A stretch of DNA of 64,000 bases from contig JAUCBJ010009147.1 in assembly GCA_032718475.1 (NCBI GenBank), positions 22,242 through 86,241 on the forward strand, written 5' to 3'. Source of the stretch: Nemertoderma westbladi (lineage: Eukaryota > Animalia > Xenacoelomorpha). Shown piece after piece: positions 1 through 14,500 of this stretch. The number at the start of each line of letters is the position of its first letter. The first letter of the stretch is position 1. A program made the translations under genes and the position numbers. Under the pieces are notes generated by a model. It had not been told where the DNA came from. It saw only the letters and a list, made by a program, of their open reading frames with translations, and did not search any database.

Positions 1-9
1 TTAAAAAAG

Positions 10-278
10 AATACAAACTAACTAACATTCTCGTTATGGGGGTTTTAATGGGTGCTAAGTTTATTTCAGATGTCAGTTTTCACGTTTAAAAAAATCTAGT
101 CTGTCTGGCTGTCGGGTCGGTCTTTCTGTCAGTCAGTCTGTGAAAACTTAAGAAAGTATACTAACTAACCAACATTCTCGCTATGGGGGTTTAAGGGTTG
201 CTGATTTCATTTCTGATGTCAGTTTACACGTTTACATAAATCTAGTCTGTCTGTCTGTCGGTCTCTCTGTCAGTCTGA
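10..278. repeat. Two diverged tandem copies of a ~150-bp unit with a (TCTG)n tail; probably internal repeats of a non-autonomous transposon
   Basis: aactaac..aacattctcg(t/c)tatgggggtttta..tgct..tttcatttc(a/t)gatgtcagttt..tctagtctgtct occurs at ~17 and ~163. Confidence 0.6.
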
Positions 279-453
279 ACTACTGTACTGTGGTTGGCAT
301 TACGCCATATACCTAACACTAATAATACAGTCTACAATACAGCCTATCTACAGTACAGAATGGATTTTTTGCCACGAAGAGCACTAAATGTCTGTAATAC
401 TATCCACCAGTATACCCACTCCAAGAGCCTTCCAATAAAACATGTATTCCAGC

Positions 454-525
454 ATGACGTCCACTGCACGTTTTCGTGTTGACCATGGTGACGTGCAGTG
501 GACGTCATAGGCTCTAAGGGGTTAA
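454..525. mobile_element. Right end of a piggyBac-like element: subterminal 17-bp inverted repeat and GGG|TTAA terminus
   Basis: atgacgtccactgcacg (454-470) and cgtgcagtggacgtcat (492-508) form a perfect inverted repeat, followed by aagggg|ttaa (TTAA 522-525); no left end was found. Confidence 0.5.
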
Positions 526-905
526 GCAACACGGTCCCTACTTCGCCCTGTCGACACCCCAGCCATTTCTCACCAATCCTTTTTTAGAGTTTTTTAATTT
601 TTTTGGTATTGGTGAAAGTTCTACAACATTAGTAGATATTATGTTTTTTATGATAGCTAGTGATTTTTTGCTAGCTAGTATTTTTTGAAATTATAAAAAA
701 TGTGAAAGTCCATGATATTTCAGGTTAAACTGTTGAAGAATATATTAATGACCAAAATAATTTCCAAAAATTACTAGCTAGTAAAAAATACTAGCTATAT
801 ATACCATTAAAAATCTACTAAGGTTCTAGAATATTCACTAATATAAAAAAAGCACTCAAAATCACAAAAAATAAAGGTTAAAAAACTCATTCGGGACCCT
901 TTTGC
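526..905. mobile_element. Foldback MITE with TTAA target-site duplication (Kolobok/T2-like)
   Basis: ttaa|gcaacacggtccc ... gggacccttttgc|ttaa (TTAA at 522-525 and 906-909); the internal arms are also inverted (gctagctagtatttttt / aaaaattactagctagt). Confidence 0.65.
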
Positions 906-1974
906 TTAAGGAGTCAAAATTGTAGAACAAATTCCCGAAGATTGCGACGTTTGCGAAATTCGCGAAGAATCCGTCAGTTTCTGTGCCCTAATGGTTTCGT
1001 GACGAAACAATCAAATCTTACACACTTAACACACACGAACTAATTTAATGTGTGTATTAGTATGAATAATTAAATAGAAATTAAATTAATGAACGCTATT
1101 TCAACATGAAATCTACGGAATCAGTACACATCACACGCACACTACTGAATTTAAAAATTTATATAGATTGCAACTTTTATTTGGCTACCTTTTAGGCCTA
1201 ATGGGTGACTAATTTAATTATTCACCCCTATATATTTGTAGCCTTTTTAATTTGTGCCTCTAATTGAATCAAACATTAAACTAAAATATATGTCACAATA
1301 TTGGTCTGTCGGTAGCTGGTCAATGAATCTCTCATAAATTTGTTAATTAGTCGTTGCTCAGTCATTGAACATTTGAACACGTGCTGCTCGAAGACCCCAC
1401 AACGTGTTTACTATTACTTTTGTAAAGATAATATCTATTCAGTTTTTCATTTTTTTGAACTGTATCCGATCCTTTTTTTCCTTTTTTTTTAACATATAAA
1501 ATCCTTTTTTCCTTTTTTTTCTCGATTTTTTTGGCTGGGAGGGCTGAGACTATGATTTTGTGGTTTTTAGTAATTACTATGTATTAGGCCACCAAGGAGA
1601 TCTTGGAACACATTGTTTTCTATGACACCCCTAATTTGCAATTGTGGTTGTAGGCAATCCTCACAATTGTCTTTTATAGAATCTGTAATTTCTTTGCTGT
1701 AATACACAAAAACAAGTATCAAGTTCATCGAAGAGTTTTGAAGATATGTGGGTTTGAAGGGCTTCGGATCGAGATAGAAGAACCTTCTGATGACGTTCAG
1801 AATATATGATGGCTTTCGAGAAACATTGTAAAATTACTATATAGTTTAGCCACTTTTCATGATTCCATTATAACTAGAATCCCATGTCAATTTAAATCAT
1901 AAGCGCGGTAAAAAAATGTTGCAATTCCACTTATAAATACAACAGGATTTACCACTTTCTATTCCATTTTATAG

Positions 1975-2182
1975 GAGTCCTTGTCAACTTGCAACCCCCA
2001 ACCGCCACCTTCAAAGTTTGTTTTACCGGTTGTCGTAGCAACAGCTGCCCCTTTGGACGTGACCAGACACCGCGCTGCCGCAGCTGTTACGTCGTGTTGT
2101 CGCAAAGGTCCCTCCCAGATCCTAATGCCACGCATAGGGAATATAACTGACAGTCAGTTGATCATGTGCTGCAGAATGCGAG
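1975..2182 (+). CDS. MBD5: Internal coding exon A of the MBD5-like gene (ESLSTCNPQPPPSKFVLP...MCCRMR)
   Basis: ccattttatag| acceptor and CGAG|gtaggt donor; GC-rich relative to flanks; only one frame is open across it, and its phase-1 end matches the exon at 32285. Confidence 0.6.
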
Positions 2183-2567
2183 GTAGGTTGTGTGTTGGAT
2201 TAGGATACCCAATGAATCGTTGCATAATTTAGTCAAAATAATTTTATCGATAAATTATTTGTCTCTGGGTTAAAAAAAATACCCCCCCCCCTCCCCACTC
2301 CCAGCAACCCAAAACGTTTTAACGAATTTTCACGCGTTTCATAGTACCGGTAAATCTTTTGAGGGACAATCTAATTAGCGAATCACGGCTATACTTCTAT
2401 AAGATTTAACTGGTTGCCGCAAACATTGGGTAATTCTATATTCAGGATATATCGAACTTTCACTAAAACTGTCTCTCCTAAGGAGCCCCTTAAAGAGGTT
2501 GTCATATTTAGTCTCGTTTTATTTTAAAATATATTGAGATGGGTGAAGCTGAATTTGCAAAATTTTA

Positions 2568-5500
2568 TACTCCAGCCCAATAAGAACTACTCCAGCCCAA
2601 TAAGAACTACTCCAGCTCAATAAGAACTACTCCAACCCAATAAGAACTACTCCATCCCAATAAGAACTACTCCAGCCCAATAAGAACTACTCCAGTCCAA
2701 TAAGAACTACTCCAGTCCAATAAGAACTACTCCAGCCCAATAAGAACTACTCCAGCCCATTAAGAAAAACTCCTTCCCAATAAGAACTACTCCAGCCCAA
2801 TAAGAACTACTCCAACCCAATAAGAACTACCCCAGCCCATTAAGAACTACTCCAGCCCAATAAGAACTACTCCAGCCATTAAGAACTACTCTATCCCAAT
2901 AAGAACTACTCCAACCCAATAAGAACTACTCCAGCCCAATAAGAACTACTCCAGCCCAATCAGAACTACTCCAGCCCAATAAGAACTACTCCAGCCCAAT
3001 AAGAACTACTCCAACCCAATAAGAACTACTCCAGCCCATTAAGAAATACTCCAGCCCAATAAGAACTACTCCAACCCAATAAGAACTAATCAAGCCCAAT
3101 AAGAACTACTCCAGCCCAATAAGAACTACTCCAGCCCAATAAGAACTACTCCATCCCAATAAGAACTACTCCATCCTAATAAGAACTACTCCAACCCAAT
3201 AAGAACTAATCCAGCCCAATAAGAACTACTCCAGCCCAATAAGAACTACTCCAGCCCAATAAGAACTACTCCAGCCCTATAAGAACTACTCCAGCCCAAT
3301 AAGAACTACTCCAGTCCATAAAGAACTACTCCAACCCAATAAGAACTAATCCATCCCAATAAGAACTACTCCAGCCCAATATGAAGTACTCCATCCCAAT
3401 AATAACTACTCCAACCCAATAAGAACTACTCCAGCCCAATAAGAACTACTCCAGCCCAATAAGAACTACTCCAGCCCAATAAGAACTACTCCATCCCAAT
3501 AAGAACTACTCCAACCCAAAAAGAACTAATCCAGCCCAATAAGAACTAATCCAGCCCAATAAGAACTACTCCAGCCCAATAAGAACTACTCCAGCCCAAT
3601 AAGAACTACTCCAGCCCTATAAGAACTACTCCAGCCCAATAAGAACTACTCCAGTCCATAAAGAAAAAACTACTCCAACCCAATAAGAACTACTCCAGCC
3701 CATTGAGAACTACTCCAGCCCAATAAGAACTACTCCAGCCCAATAAGAACTACTGCAGCCCTATAAGAACTACTCCAGCCCAATAAGAACTACTCCAGTC
3801 CATAAAGAAAAAACTACTCCAACCCAATAAGAACTACTCCAACCCAATAAGAACTACTCCAGTCCATAAAGAAAAAACTTCTCCAACCCAATAAGAACTA
3901 ATCCAGCCCAATAAGAACTACTCCAGCCCAATAAGAACTACTCCAGCCCAATAAGAACTACTCCAGCCCTATAAGAACTACTCCAGCCCAATAAGAACTA
4001 CTCCAGTCCATAAAGAAAAAACTACTCCAACCCAATAAGAACTACTCCAACCCAATAAGAACTACTCCAGCCCATTAAGAACTACTCCAGTCCAATAAGA
4101 ACTACTCCAGCCCAATAAGAACTACTCCAACCCAATAAGAACTACTCCTTCCCAATAAGAACTACTCCATCCCATTAAGAACTACTCCAGCCCAATAAGA
4201 ACTACTCCAGCCCAATAAGAACTACTCCAGCCCAATAAGAACTACTCCATCCCATTAAGAACTACTCCAGCCCATTAAGAACTACTCCAGCCCAATAAGA
4301 ACTACTCCATCCCAATAAGAACTACTCCAACCCAATAAGAACTACTCCAGCCCAATAAGAACTACTCCATCCCAATAAGAACTACTCCAGCCCATTGAGA
4401 ACTACTCCAGCCCAATAAGAACTACTCCAGCTCAATAAGAACTACTCCAGCCCAATAAGAACTACTCCAGCCCAATAAGAACTACTCCTTCCCATTAAGA
4501 ACTACTTCATCCCATTAAGAACTACTCCAGTCCAATAAGAACTACTCCAGCCCGATAAGAACTACTCCAGCCCAATAAGAACTACTCCATCCCAATAAGA
4601 ACTACTCCAGCCCATTAAGAACTACTCCAGCCCAATAAGAACTACTCCATCCCAATAAGAACTACTCCAACCCAATATGAACTAATCCAGCTCAATAAGA
4701 ACTACTCCAGCCCATTAAGAACTACTCCATCCCAATAAGAACTACTCCATCCCAATAAGAACTACTCCAGCCCATTGAGAACTACTCCAGCCCAATAAGA
4801 ACTACTCCAGCTCAATAAGAACTACTCCAGCCCAATAAGAACTACTCCAGCCCAATAAGAACTACTCCTTCCCAATAAGAACTACTCCATCCCATTAAGA
4901 ACTACTCCAGCCCAATAAGAACTACTCCAGCCCAATAAGAACTACTCCATCCCAATAAGAACTACTCCAGCCCATTAAGAATTACTCCAGCCCAATTAGA
5001 ACTACTCCATCCCAATAACAACTACTCCAGCCCAATAAGAACTACTCCATCCCAATAAGAACTACTCCAGCCCAATAAGAACTACTCCAGCCCAATAAGA
5101 ACTACTCCAGCCCATTAAGAAAAAACAACTCCAGCCCTTTAAGAAAAAACTACTCCAGCCCAATAAGAACTACTCCATCCCAATAAGAACTACTCCAGCC
5201 CAATAAGAACTACTCCTTCCCAATAATAACTACTCCAGCCCAATAAGAACTACTCCATCCCAATAAGAACTACTCCATCCCAATAAGAACTACTCAATCC
5301 CAATAAGAACTACTCCATCCCAATAAGAACTACTCCATCCCAATAAGAACTACTCCAGCTCAATAAGAACTACTCCAGCCCAATAAGAACTACTCCAGTC
5401 CAATAAGAAAAAACTACTCCAGCCCAATAAGAACTACTCCTTCCCAATAAGAACTACTCCAGCCCAATAAGAACTACTCCAACCCTATAAGAACTAATCC

Positions 5501-8500
5501 ATCCCAATAAGAACTACTCCAGCCCAATAAGAATTACTCCATCCCAATAAGAACTACTCCATCCCAATAAGAACTACTCCAACCCAATAAGAACTACTCC
5601 AGCCCAATAAGAACTAAGACTCCAGCCCAATAAGAACTACTCCAACCCAATAAGAACTACTCCAGCCCAATAAGAACTACTCCAGCCCAATAAGAACTAC
5701 TCCAACCCAATAAGAACTACTCCAGCCCAATAAGAACTACTCCTTCCCAATAAGAACTACTCCAGCCCAATAAGAACTACTCCAACCCAATAAGAACTAA
5801 TCCATCCCAATAAGAACTACTCCAGCCCAATATGAAGTACTCCATCCCAATAATAACTACTCCAACCCAATAAGAACTACTCCAGCCCAATAAGAACTAC
5901 TCCAGCCCAATAAGAACTACTCCAGCCCAATAAGAACTACTCCATCCCAATAAGAACTACTCCATCCCAATAAGAACTACTCCATCCCAATAAGAACTAC
6001 TCCAGCCCAATAAGAACTACTCCAGCCCAATAAGAACTAATCCAGCCCAATAAGAAGTACTCCATCCCAATAAGAACTACTCCAGCCCAATAAGAACTAT
6101 ACTCCACCCCAATAAGAACTACTCCAGCCCAATAAGAACTACTCCAGCCCAATAAGAACTAATCCAGCCCAATAAGAAGTACTCCATCCCAATAAGAACT
6201 ACTCCAGCCCAATAAGAACTACTCCAGCCCAATAAGAACTAATCCAGCCCAATAAGAAGTACTCCATCCCAATAAGAACTACTCCAGCCCAATAAGAACT
6301 ATACTCCACCCCAATAAGAACTACTCCAGCCCATTAAGAAAAAACTACTCCAGCCCAATAAGAACTAATCCAGCCCAATAAGAACTACTCCATCCCAATA
6401 AGAACTACTCCAGCCCAATAAGAGCTACTCTAGCCCAATAAGAACTAATCCAGTCCATAAAGAAAAAACTACTCCAGCCCATTAAGAAAAAACTACTCCA
6501 GCCAAATAAGAACTACTCCTTCCCAATAAGAACTATTCCATCCCAATAAGAACTACTCCAGCCCAATAAGAACTACTCCATCCCAATAAGAACTACTCCA
6601 TCCCAATAAGAACTACTCCAACCCAATAAGAACTAATCCAGCCCAATAAGAACTACTCCATCCCAATAAGAACTACTCCATCCCATTAAGAACTACTCCA
6701 TCCCAATAAGAACTACTCCATCCCAATAAGAACTACTCCATCCCAATAAGAACTACTCCAGTCCAATAAGAACTACTCCAGCCCAATAAGAACTACTCCA
6801 GCCCATTAAGAAAAACTACTCCAGCCCAATAAGAACTACTCCAGCCCAATAAGAACTACTCCATCCCAATAAGAACTACTCCATCCCATTAAGAACTACT
6901 CCATCCCAATAAGAACTACTCCATCCCAATAAGAACTACTCCATCCCAATAAGAACTACTCCAGTCCAATAAGAACTACTCCATCCCAATAAGAACTACT
7001 CCAGCCCATTAAGAAAAACTACTCCAGCCCAATAAGAACTACTCCTTCCCAATAAGAACTACTCCAGCCCAATAAGAACTACTCCAGCCCAATAAGAACT
7101 ACTCCAACCCAATAAGAACTATTCCATCCCAATAAGAACTACTCCAGCCCAATAAGAACTACTCCATCCCAATAAGAACTACTCCATCCCAATAAGAACT
7201 ACTCCAACCCAATAAGAACTAATCCAGCCCAATGAGAACTACTCCAGCCCAATAAGAACTACTCCAGCCCAATAAGAACTACTCCAGCCCAATAAGAACT
7301 ACTCCAGCCCAATAAGAACTACTCCAGCCCAATAAGAACTACTCTATCCCAATAAGAACTACTCCAACCCAATAAGAACTAATCCAGCCCAATAAGAACT
7401 ACTCCAGCCCAATCAGAACTACTCCAGCCCAATAAGAACTACTCCAACCCAATAAGAACTACTCCAGCCCATTAAGAAATACTCCAGCCCAATAAGAACT
7501 ACTCCAGCCCAATAAGAACTACTCCATCCCAATAAGAACTACTCCAACCCAATAAGAACTACTCCAACCCAATAAGAACTACTCCATCCCAATAAGAACT
7601 ACTCCAGCCCATTGAGAACTACTCCAGCTCAATAAGAACTACTCCAGCCCAATAAGAACTACTCCAGCCCAATAAGAACTACTCCTTCCCAATAAGAACT
7701 ACTCCAGCCCAATAAGAACTACTCCAGCCCAATAAGAACTACCCCAGCCCAATAAGAACTACTCCAGCCCAATAAGAACTACAACATCCCAATAAGAACT
7801 ACTCCACCCCAATAAGAACTACTCCAGTCCATAAAGAAAAAACTACTCCAACCCAATAAGAACTACTCCAGCCCATTGAGAACTACTCCAGCCCAATAAG
7901 AACTACTCCAGCCCAATAAGAACTACTGCAGCCCTATAAGAACTACTCCAGCCCAATAAGAACTACTCCAGTCCATAAAGAAAAAACTACTCCAACCCAA
8001 TAAGAACTACTCCAACCCAATAAGAACTACTCCAGTCCATAAAGAAAAAACTTCTCCAACCCAATAAGAACTAATCCAGCCCAATAAGAACTACTCCAGC
8101 CCAATAAGAACTACTCCAGCCCAATAAGAACTACTCCAGCCCTATAAGAACTACTCCAGCCCAATAAGAACTACTCCAGTCCATAAAGAAAAAACTACTC
8201 CAACCCAATAAGAACTACTCCAACCCAATAAGAACTACTCCATCCCAATAAGAACTACTCCAACCCAATAAGAACTACTCCAGCCCAATAAGAACTACTC
8301 CATCCCAATAAGAACTACTCCAGCCCATTGAGAACTACTCCAGCCCAATAAGAACTACTCCAGCTCAATAAGAACTACTCCAGCCCAATAAGAACTACTC
8401 CTTCCCAATAAGAACTACTCCAGCCCATTAAGAACTACTCCAGCCCAATAAGAACTACTCCATCCCAATAAGAACTACTCCAACCCAATATGAACTAATC

Positions 8501-11500
8501 CAGCTCAATAAGAACTACTCCAGCCCATTAAGAACTACTCCATCCCAATAAGAACTACTCCATCCCAATAAGAACTACTCCAGCCCATTGAGAACTACTC
8601 CAGCCCAATAAGAACTACTCCAGCTCAATAAGAACTACTCCAGCCCAATAAGAACTACTCCAGCCCAATAAGAACTACTCCTTCCCAATAAGAACTACTC
8701 CATCCCATTAAGAACTACTCCAGCCCAATAAGAACTACTCCAGCCCAATAAGAACTACTCCATCCCAATAAGAACTACTCCAGCCCATTAAGAACTACTC
8801 CAGCCCAATAAGAACTACTCCATCCCAATAACAACTACTCCAGCCCAATAAGAACTACTCCATCCCAATAAGAACTACTCCAGCCCAATAAGAACTACTC
8901 CAGCCCAATAAGAACTACTCCAGCCCATTAAGAAAAAACAACTCCAGCCCTTTAAGAAAAAACTACTCCAGCCCAATAAGAACTACTCCATCCCAATAAG
9001 AACTACTCCAGCCCAATAAGAACTACTCCTTCCCAATAATAACTACTCCAGCCCAATAAGAACTACTCCATCCCAATAAGAACTACTCCATCCCAATAAG
9101 AACTACTCAATCCCAATAAGAACTACTCCATCCCAATAAGAACTACTCCATCCCAATAAGAACTACTCCAGCTCAATAAGAACTACTCCAGCCCAATAAG
9201 AACTACTCCAGTCCAATAAGAAAAAACTACTCCAGCCCAATAAGAACTACTCCTTCCCAATAAGAACTACTCCAGCCCATTGAGAACTACTCCAGCCCAA
9301 TAAGAACTACTCCAGCTCAATAAGAACTACTCCAGCCCAATAAGAACTACTCCAGCCCAATAAGAACTACTCCTTCCCAATAAGAACTACTCCATCCCAT
9401 TAAGAACTACTCCAGCCCAATAAGAACTACTCCAGCCCAATAAGAACTACTCCATCCCAATAAGAACTACTCCAGCCCATTAAGAATTACTCCAGCCCAA
9501 TTAGAACTACTCCATCCCAATAACAACTACTCCAGCCCAATAAGAACTACTCCATCCCAATAAGAACTACTCCAGCCCAATAAGAACTACTCCAGCCCAA
9601 TAAGAACTACTCCAGCCCATTAAGAAAAAACAACTCCAGCCCTTTAAGAAAAAACTACTCCAGCCCAATAAGAACTACTCCATCCCAATAAGAACTACTC
9701 CAGCCCAATAAGAACTACTCCTTCCCAATAATAACTACTCCAGCCCAATAAGAACTACTCCATCCCAATAAGAACTACTCCATCCCAATAAGAACTACTC
9801 AATCCCAATAAGAACTACTCCATCCCAATAAGAACTACTCCATCCCAATAAGAACTACTCCAGCTCAATAAGAACTACTCCAGCCCAATAAGAACTACTC
9901 CAGTCCAATAAGAAAAAACTACTCCAGCCCAATAAGAACTACTCCTTCCCAATAAGAACTACTCCAGCCCAATAAGAACTACTCCAACCCTATAAGAACT
10001 AATCCATCCCAATAAGAACTACTCCAGCCCAATAAGAATTACTCCATCCCAATAAGAACTACTCCATCCCAATAAGAACTACTCCAACCCAATAAGAACT
10101 ACTCCAGCCCAATAAGAACTAAGACTCCAGCCCAATAAGAACTACTCCAACCCAATAAGAACTACTCCAGCCCAATAAGAACTACTCCAGCCCAATAAGA
10201 ACTACTCCAACCCAATAAGAACTACTCCAGCCCAATAAGAACTACTCCTTCCCAATAAGAACTACTCCAGCCCAATAAGAACTACTCCAACCCAATAAGA
10301 ACTAATCCATCCCAATAAGAACTACTCCAGCCCAATATGAAGTACTCCATCCCAATAATAACTACTCCAACCCAATAAGAACTACTCCAGCCCAATAAGA
10401 ACTACTCCAGCCCAATAAGAACTACTCCAGCCCAATAAGAACTACTCCATCCCAATAAGAACTACTCCATCCCAATAAGAACTACTCCATCCCAATAAGA
10501 ACTACTCCAGCCCAATAAGAACTACTCCAGCCCAATAAGAACTAATCCAGCCCAATAAGAAGTACTCCATCCCAATAAGAACTACTCCAGCCCAATAAGA
10601 ACTATACTCCACCCCAATAAGAACTACTCCAGCCCAATAAGAACTACTCCAGCCCAATAAGAACTAATCCAGCCCAATAAGAAGTACTCCATCCCAATAA
10701 GAACTACTCCAGCCCAATAAGAACTACTCCAGCCCAATAAGAACTAATCCAGCCCAATAAGAAGTACTCCATCCCAATAAGAACTACTCCATCCCAATAA
10801 GAACTACTCCATCCCAATAAGAACTACTCCAACCCAATAAGAACTAATCCAGCCCAATGAGAACTACTCCAGCCCAATAAGAACTACTCCAGCCCAATAA
10901 GAACTACTCCAGCCCAATAAGAACTACTCCAGCCCAATAAGAACTACTCCAGCCCAATAAGAACTACTCTATCCCAATAAGAACTACTCCAACCCAATAA
11001 GAAATAATCCAGCCCAATAAGAACTACTCCAGCCCAATCAGAACTACTCCAGCCCAATAAGAACTACTCCAGCCCAATAAGAACTACTCCAACCCAATAA
11101 GAACTACTCCAGCCCATTAAGAAATACTCCAGCCCAATAAGAACTACTCCAGCCCAATAAGAACTACTCCATCCCAATAAGAACTACTCCAACCCAATAA
11201 GAACTACTCCAACCCAATAAGAACTAATCAAGCCCAATAAGAACTACTCCAGCCCAATAAGAACTACTCCAGCCCAATAAGAACTACTCCATCCCAATAA
11301 GAACTACTCCATCCCAATAAGAACTACTCCAACCCAATAAGAACTAATCCAGCCTAATAAGAACTACTCCAACCCAATAAGAACTACTCCAACCCAATAA
11401 GAACTAATCAAGCCCAATAAGAACTACTCCAGCCCAATAAGAACTACTCCAGCCCAATAAGAACTACTCCATCCCAATAAGAACTACTCCATCCCAATAA

Positions 11501-14500
11501 GAACTACTCCAACCCAATAAGAACTAATCCAGCCCAATAAGAACTACTCCAGCCCAATAAGAACTACTCCAGCCCAATAAGAACTACTCCAGCCCAATAA
11601 GAACTACTCCAGCCCAATAAGAACTACTCCATCCCAATAAGAACTACTCCATCCCAATAAGAACTACTCCAACCCAATAAGAACTAATCCAGCCCAATAA
11701 GAACTACTCCAGCCCAATAAGAACTACTCCAGCCCAATAAGAACTACTCCAGCCCAATAAGAACTACTCCAGCCCAATAAGAACTACTCCAGCCCAATAA
11801 GAACTACTCCATCCCAATAAGAACTACTCCATCCCAATAAGAACTACTCCATCCCAATAAGAACTACTCCAACCCAATAAGAACTACTCCAACCCAATAA
11901 GAACTAATCAAGCCCAATAAAAACTACTCCAGCCCAATAAGAACTACTCCAGCCCAATAAGAACTACTCCATCCCAATAAGAACTACTCCATCCCAATAA
12001 GAACTACTCCAACCCAATAAGAACTAATCCAGCCCAATAAGAACTACTCCAGCCCAATAAGAACTACTCCAGCCCAATAAGAACTACTCCAGCCCAATAA
12101 GAACTACTCCAGCCCAATAAGAACTACTCCAGCCCAATAAGAACTACCCCAGCCCAATAAGAACTACTCCAGCCCAATAAGAACTACAACATCCCAATAA
12201 GAACTACTCCACCCCAATAAGAACTACATCCAGCCCAATAAGAACTACTCCAGCCCAATAAGAACTAATCCAGCCCAATAAGAACTACTCCAGCCCAATA
12301 AGAACTACTCCAGCCCAATAAGAACTACTCCAGCCCTATAAGAACTACTCCAGCCCAATAAGAACTACTCCATCCCAATAAGAACTACTCCATCCCAATA
12401 AGAACTACTCCAGCCCAATAAGAACTACTCCAGCCCATTAAGAAAAACTACTCCAGCCCAATAAGAACTACTCCTTCCCAATAAGAACTACTCCAGCCCA
12501 TTAAGAACTACTCCAGCCCAATAAGAACTACTCCAACCCAATAAGAACTATTCCATCCCAATAAGAACTACTCCAGCCCAATAAGAACTACTCCATCCCA
12601 ATAAGAACTACTACATCCCAATAAGAACTACTCCAACCCAATAAGAACTAATCCAGCCCAATGAGAACTACTCCAGCCCAATAAGAACTACTCCATCCCA
12701 ATAAGAACTACTCCAACCCAATAAGAACTACTCCAGCCCAATAAGAACTACTCCATCCCAATAAGAACTACTCCAGCCCATTGAGAACTACTCCAGCCCA
12801 ATAAGAACTACTCCAGCTCAATAAGAACTACTCCAGCCCAATAAGAACTACTCCTTCCCAATAAGAACTACTCCAGCCCATTAAGAACTACTCCAGCCCA
12901 ATAAGAACTACTCCATCCCAATAAGAACTACTCCAACCCAATATGAACTAATCCAGCTCAATAAGAACTACTCCAGCCCATTAAGAACTACTCCATCCCA
13001 ATAAGAACTACTCCATCCCAATAAGAACTACTCCAGCCCATTGAGAACTACTCCAGCCCAATAAGAACTACTCCAGCTCAATAAGAACTACTCCAGCCCA
13101 ATAAGAACTACTCCAGCCCAATAAGAACTACTCCTTCCCAATAAGAACTACTCCATCCCATTAAGAACTACTCCAGCCCAATAAGAACTACTCCAGCCCA
13201 ATAAGAACTACTCCATCCCAATAAGAACTACTCCAGCCCATTAAGAACTACTCCAGCCCAATAAGAACTACTCCATCCCAATAACAACTACTCCAGCCCA
13301 ATAAGAACTACTCCATCCCAATAAGAACTACTCCAGCCCAATAAGAACTACTCCAGCCCAATAAGAACTACTCCAGCCCATTAAGAAAAAACAACTCCAG
13401 CCCTTTAAGAAAAAACTACTCCAGCCCAATAAGAACTACTCCATCCCAATAAGAACTACTCCAGCCCAATAAGAACTACTCCTTCCCAATAATAACTACT
13501 CCAGCCCAATAAGAACTACTCCATCCCAATAAGAACTACTCCATCCCAATAAGAACTACTCAATCCCAATAAGAACTACTCCATCCCAATAAGAACTACT
13601 CCATCCCAATAAGAACTACTCCAGCTCAATAAGAACTACTCCAGCCCAATAAGAACTACTCCAGTCCAATAAGAAAAAACTACTCCAGCCCAATAAGAAC
13701 TACTCCTTCCCAATAAGAACTACTCCAGCCCATTGAGAACTACTCCAGCCCAATAAGAACTACTCCAGCTCAATAAGAACTACTCCAGCCCAATAAGAAC
13801 TACTCCAGCCCAATAAGAACTACTCCTTCCCAATAAGAACTACTCCATCCCATTAAGAACTACTCCAGCCCAATAAGAACTACTCCAGCCCAATAAGAAC
13901 TACTCCATCCCAATAAGAACTACTCCAGCCCATTAAGAATTACTCCAGCCCAATTAGAACTACTCCATCCCAATAACAACTACTCCAGCCCAATAAGAAC
14001 TACTCCATCCCAATAAGAACTACTCCAGCCCAATAAGAACTACTCCAGCCCAATAAGAACTACTCCAGCCCATTAAGAAAAAACAACTCCAGCCCTTTAA
14101 GAAAAAACTACTCCAGCCCAATAAGAACTACTCCATCCCAATAAGAACTACTCCAGCCCAATAAGAACTACTCCTTCCCAATAATAACTACTCCAGCCCA
14201 ATAAGAACTACTCCATCCCAATAAGAACTACTCCATCCCAATAAGAACTACTCAATCCCAATAAGAACTACTCCATCCCAATAAGAACTACTCCATCCCA
14301 ATAAGAACTACTCCAGCTCAATAAGAACTACTCCAGCCCAATAAGAACTACTCCAGTCCAATAAGAAAAAACTACTCCAGCCCAATAAGAACTACTCCTT
14401 CCCAATAAGAACTACTCCAGCCCAATAAGAACTACTCCAACCCTATAAGAACTAATCCATCCCAATAAGAACTACTCCAGCCCAATAAGAATTACTCCAT

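Noticed and set aside
1786-1825. CTGATGA...GAAAC resembling a hammerhead ribozyme or Penelope end
   Set aside because: I could not form convincing stems around the core.
2446-2497. Possible small exon (ttcag|GATATATCG...AAAGAG|gttgtc)
   Set aside because: At 52 nt it would shift the frame between exons A and B, and the donor is weak.
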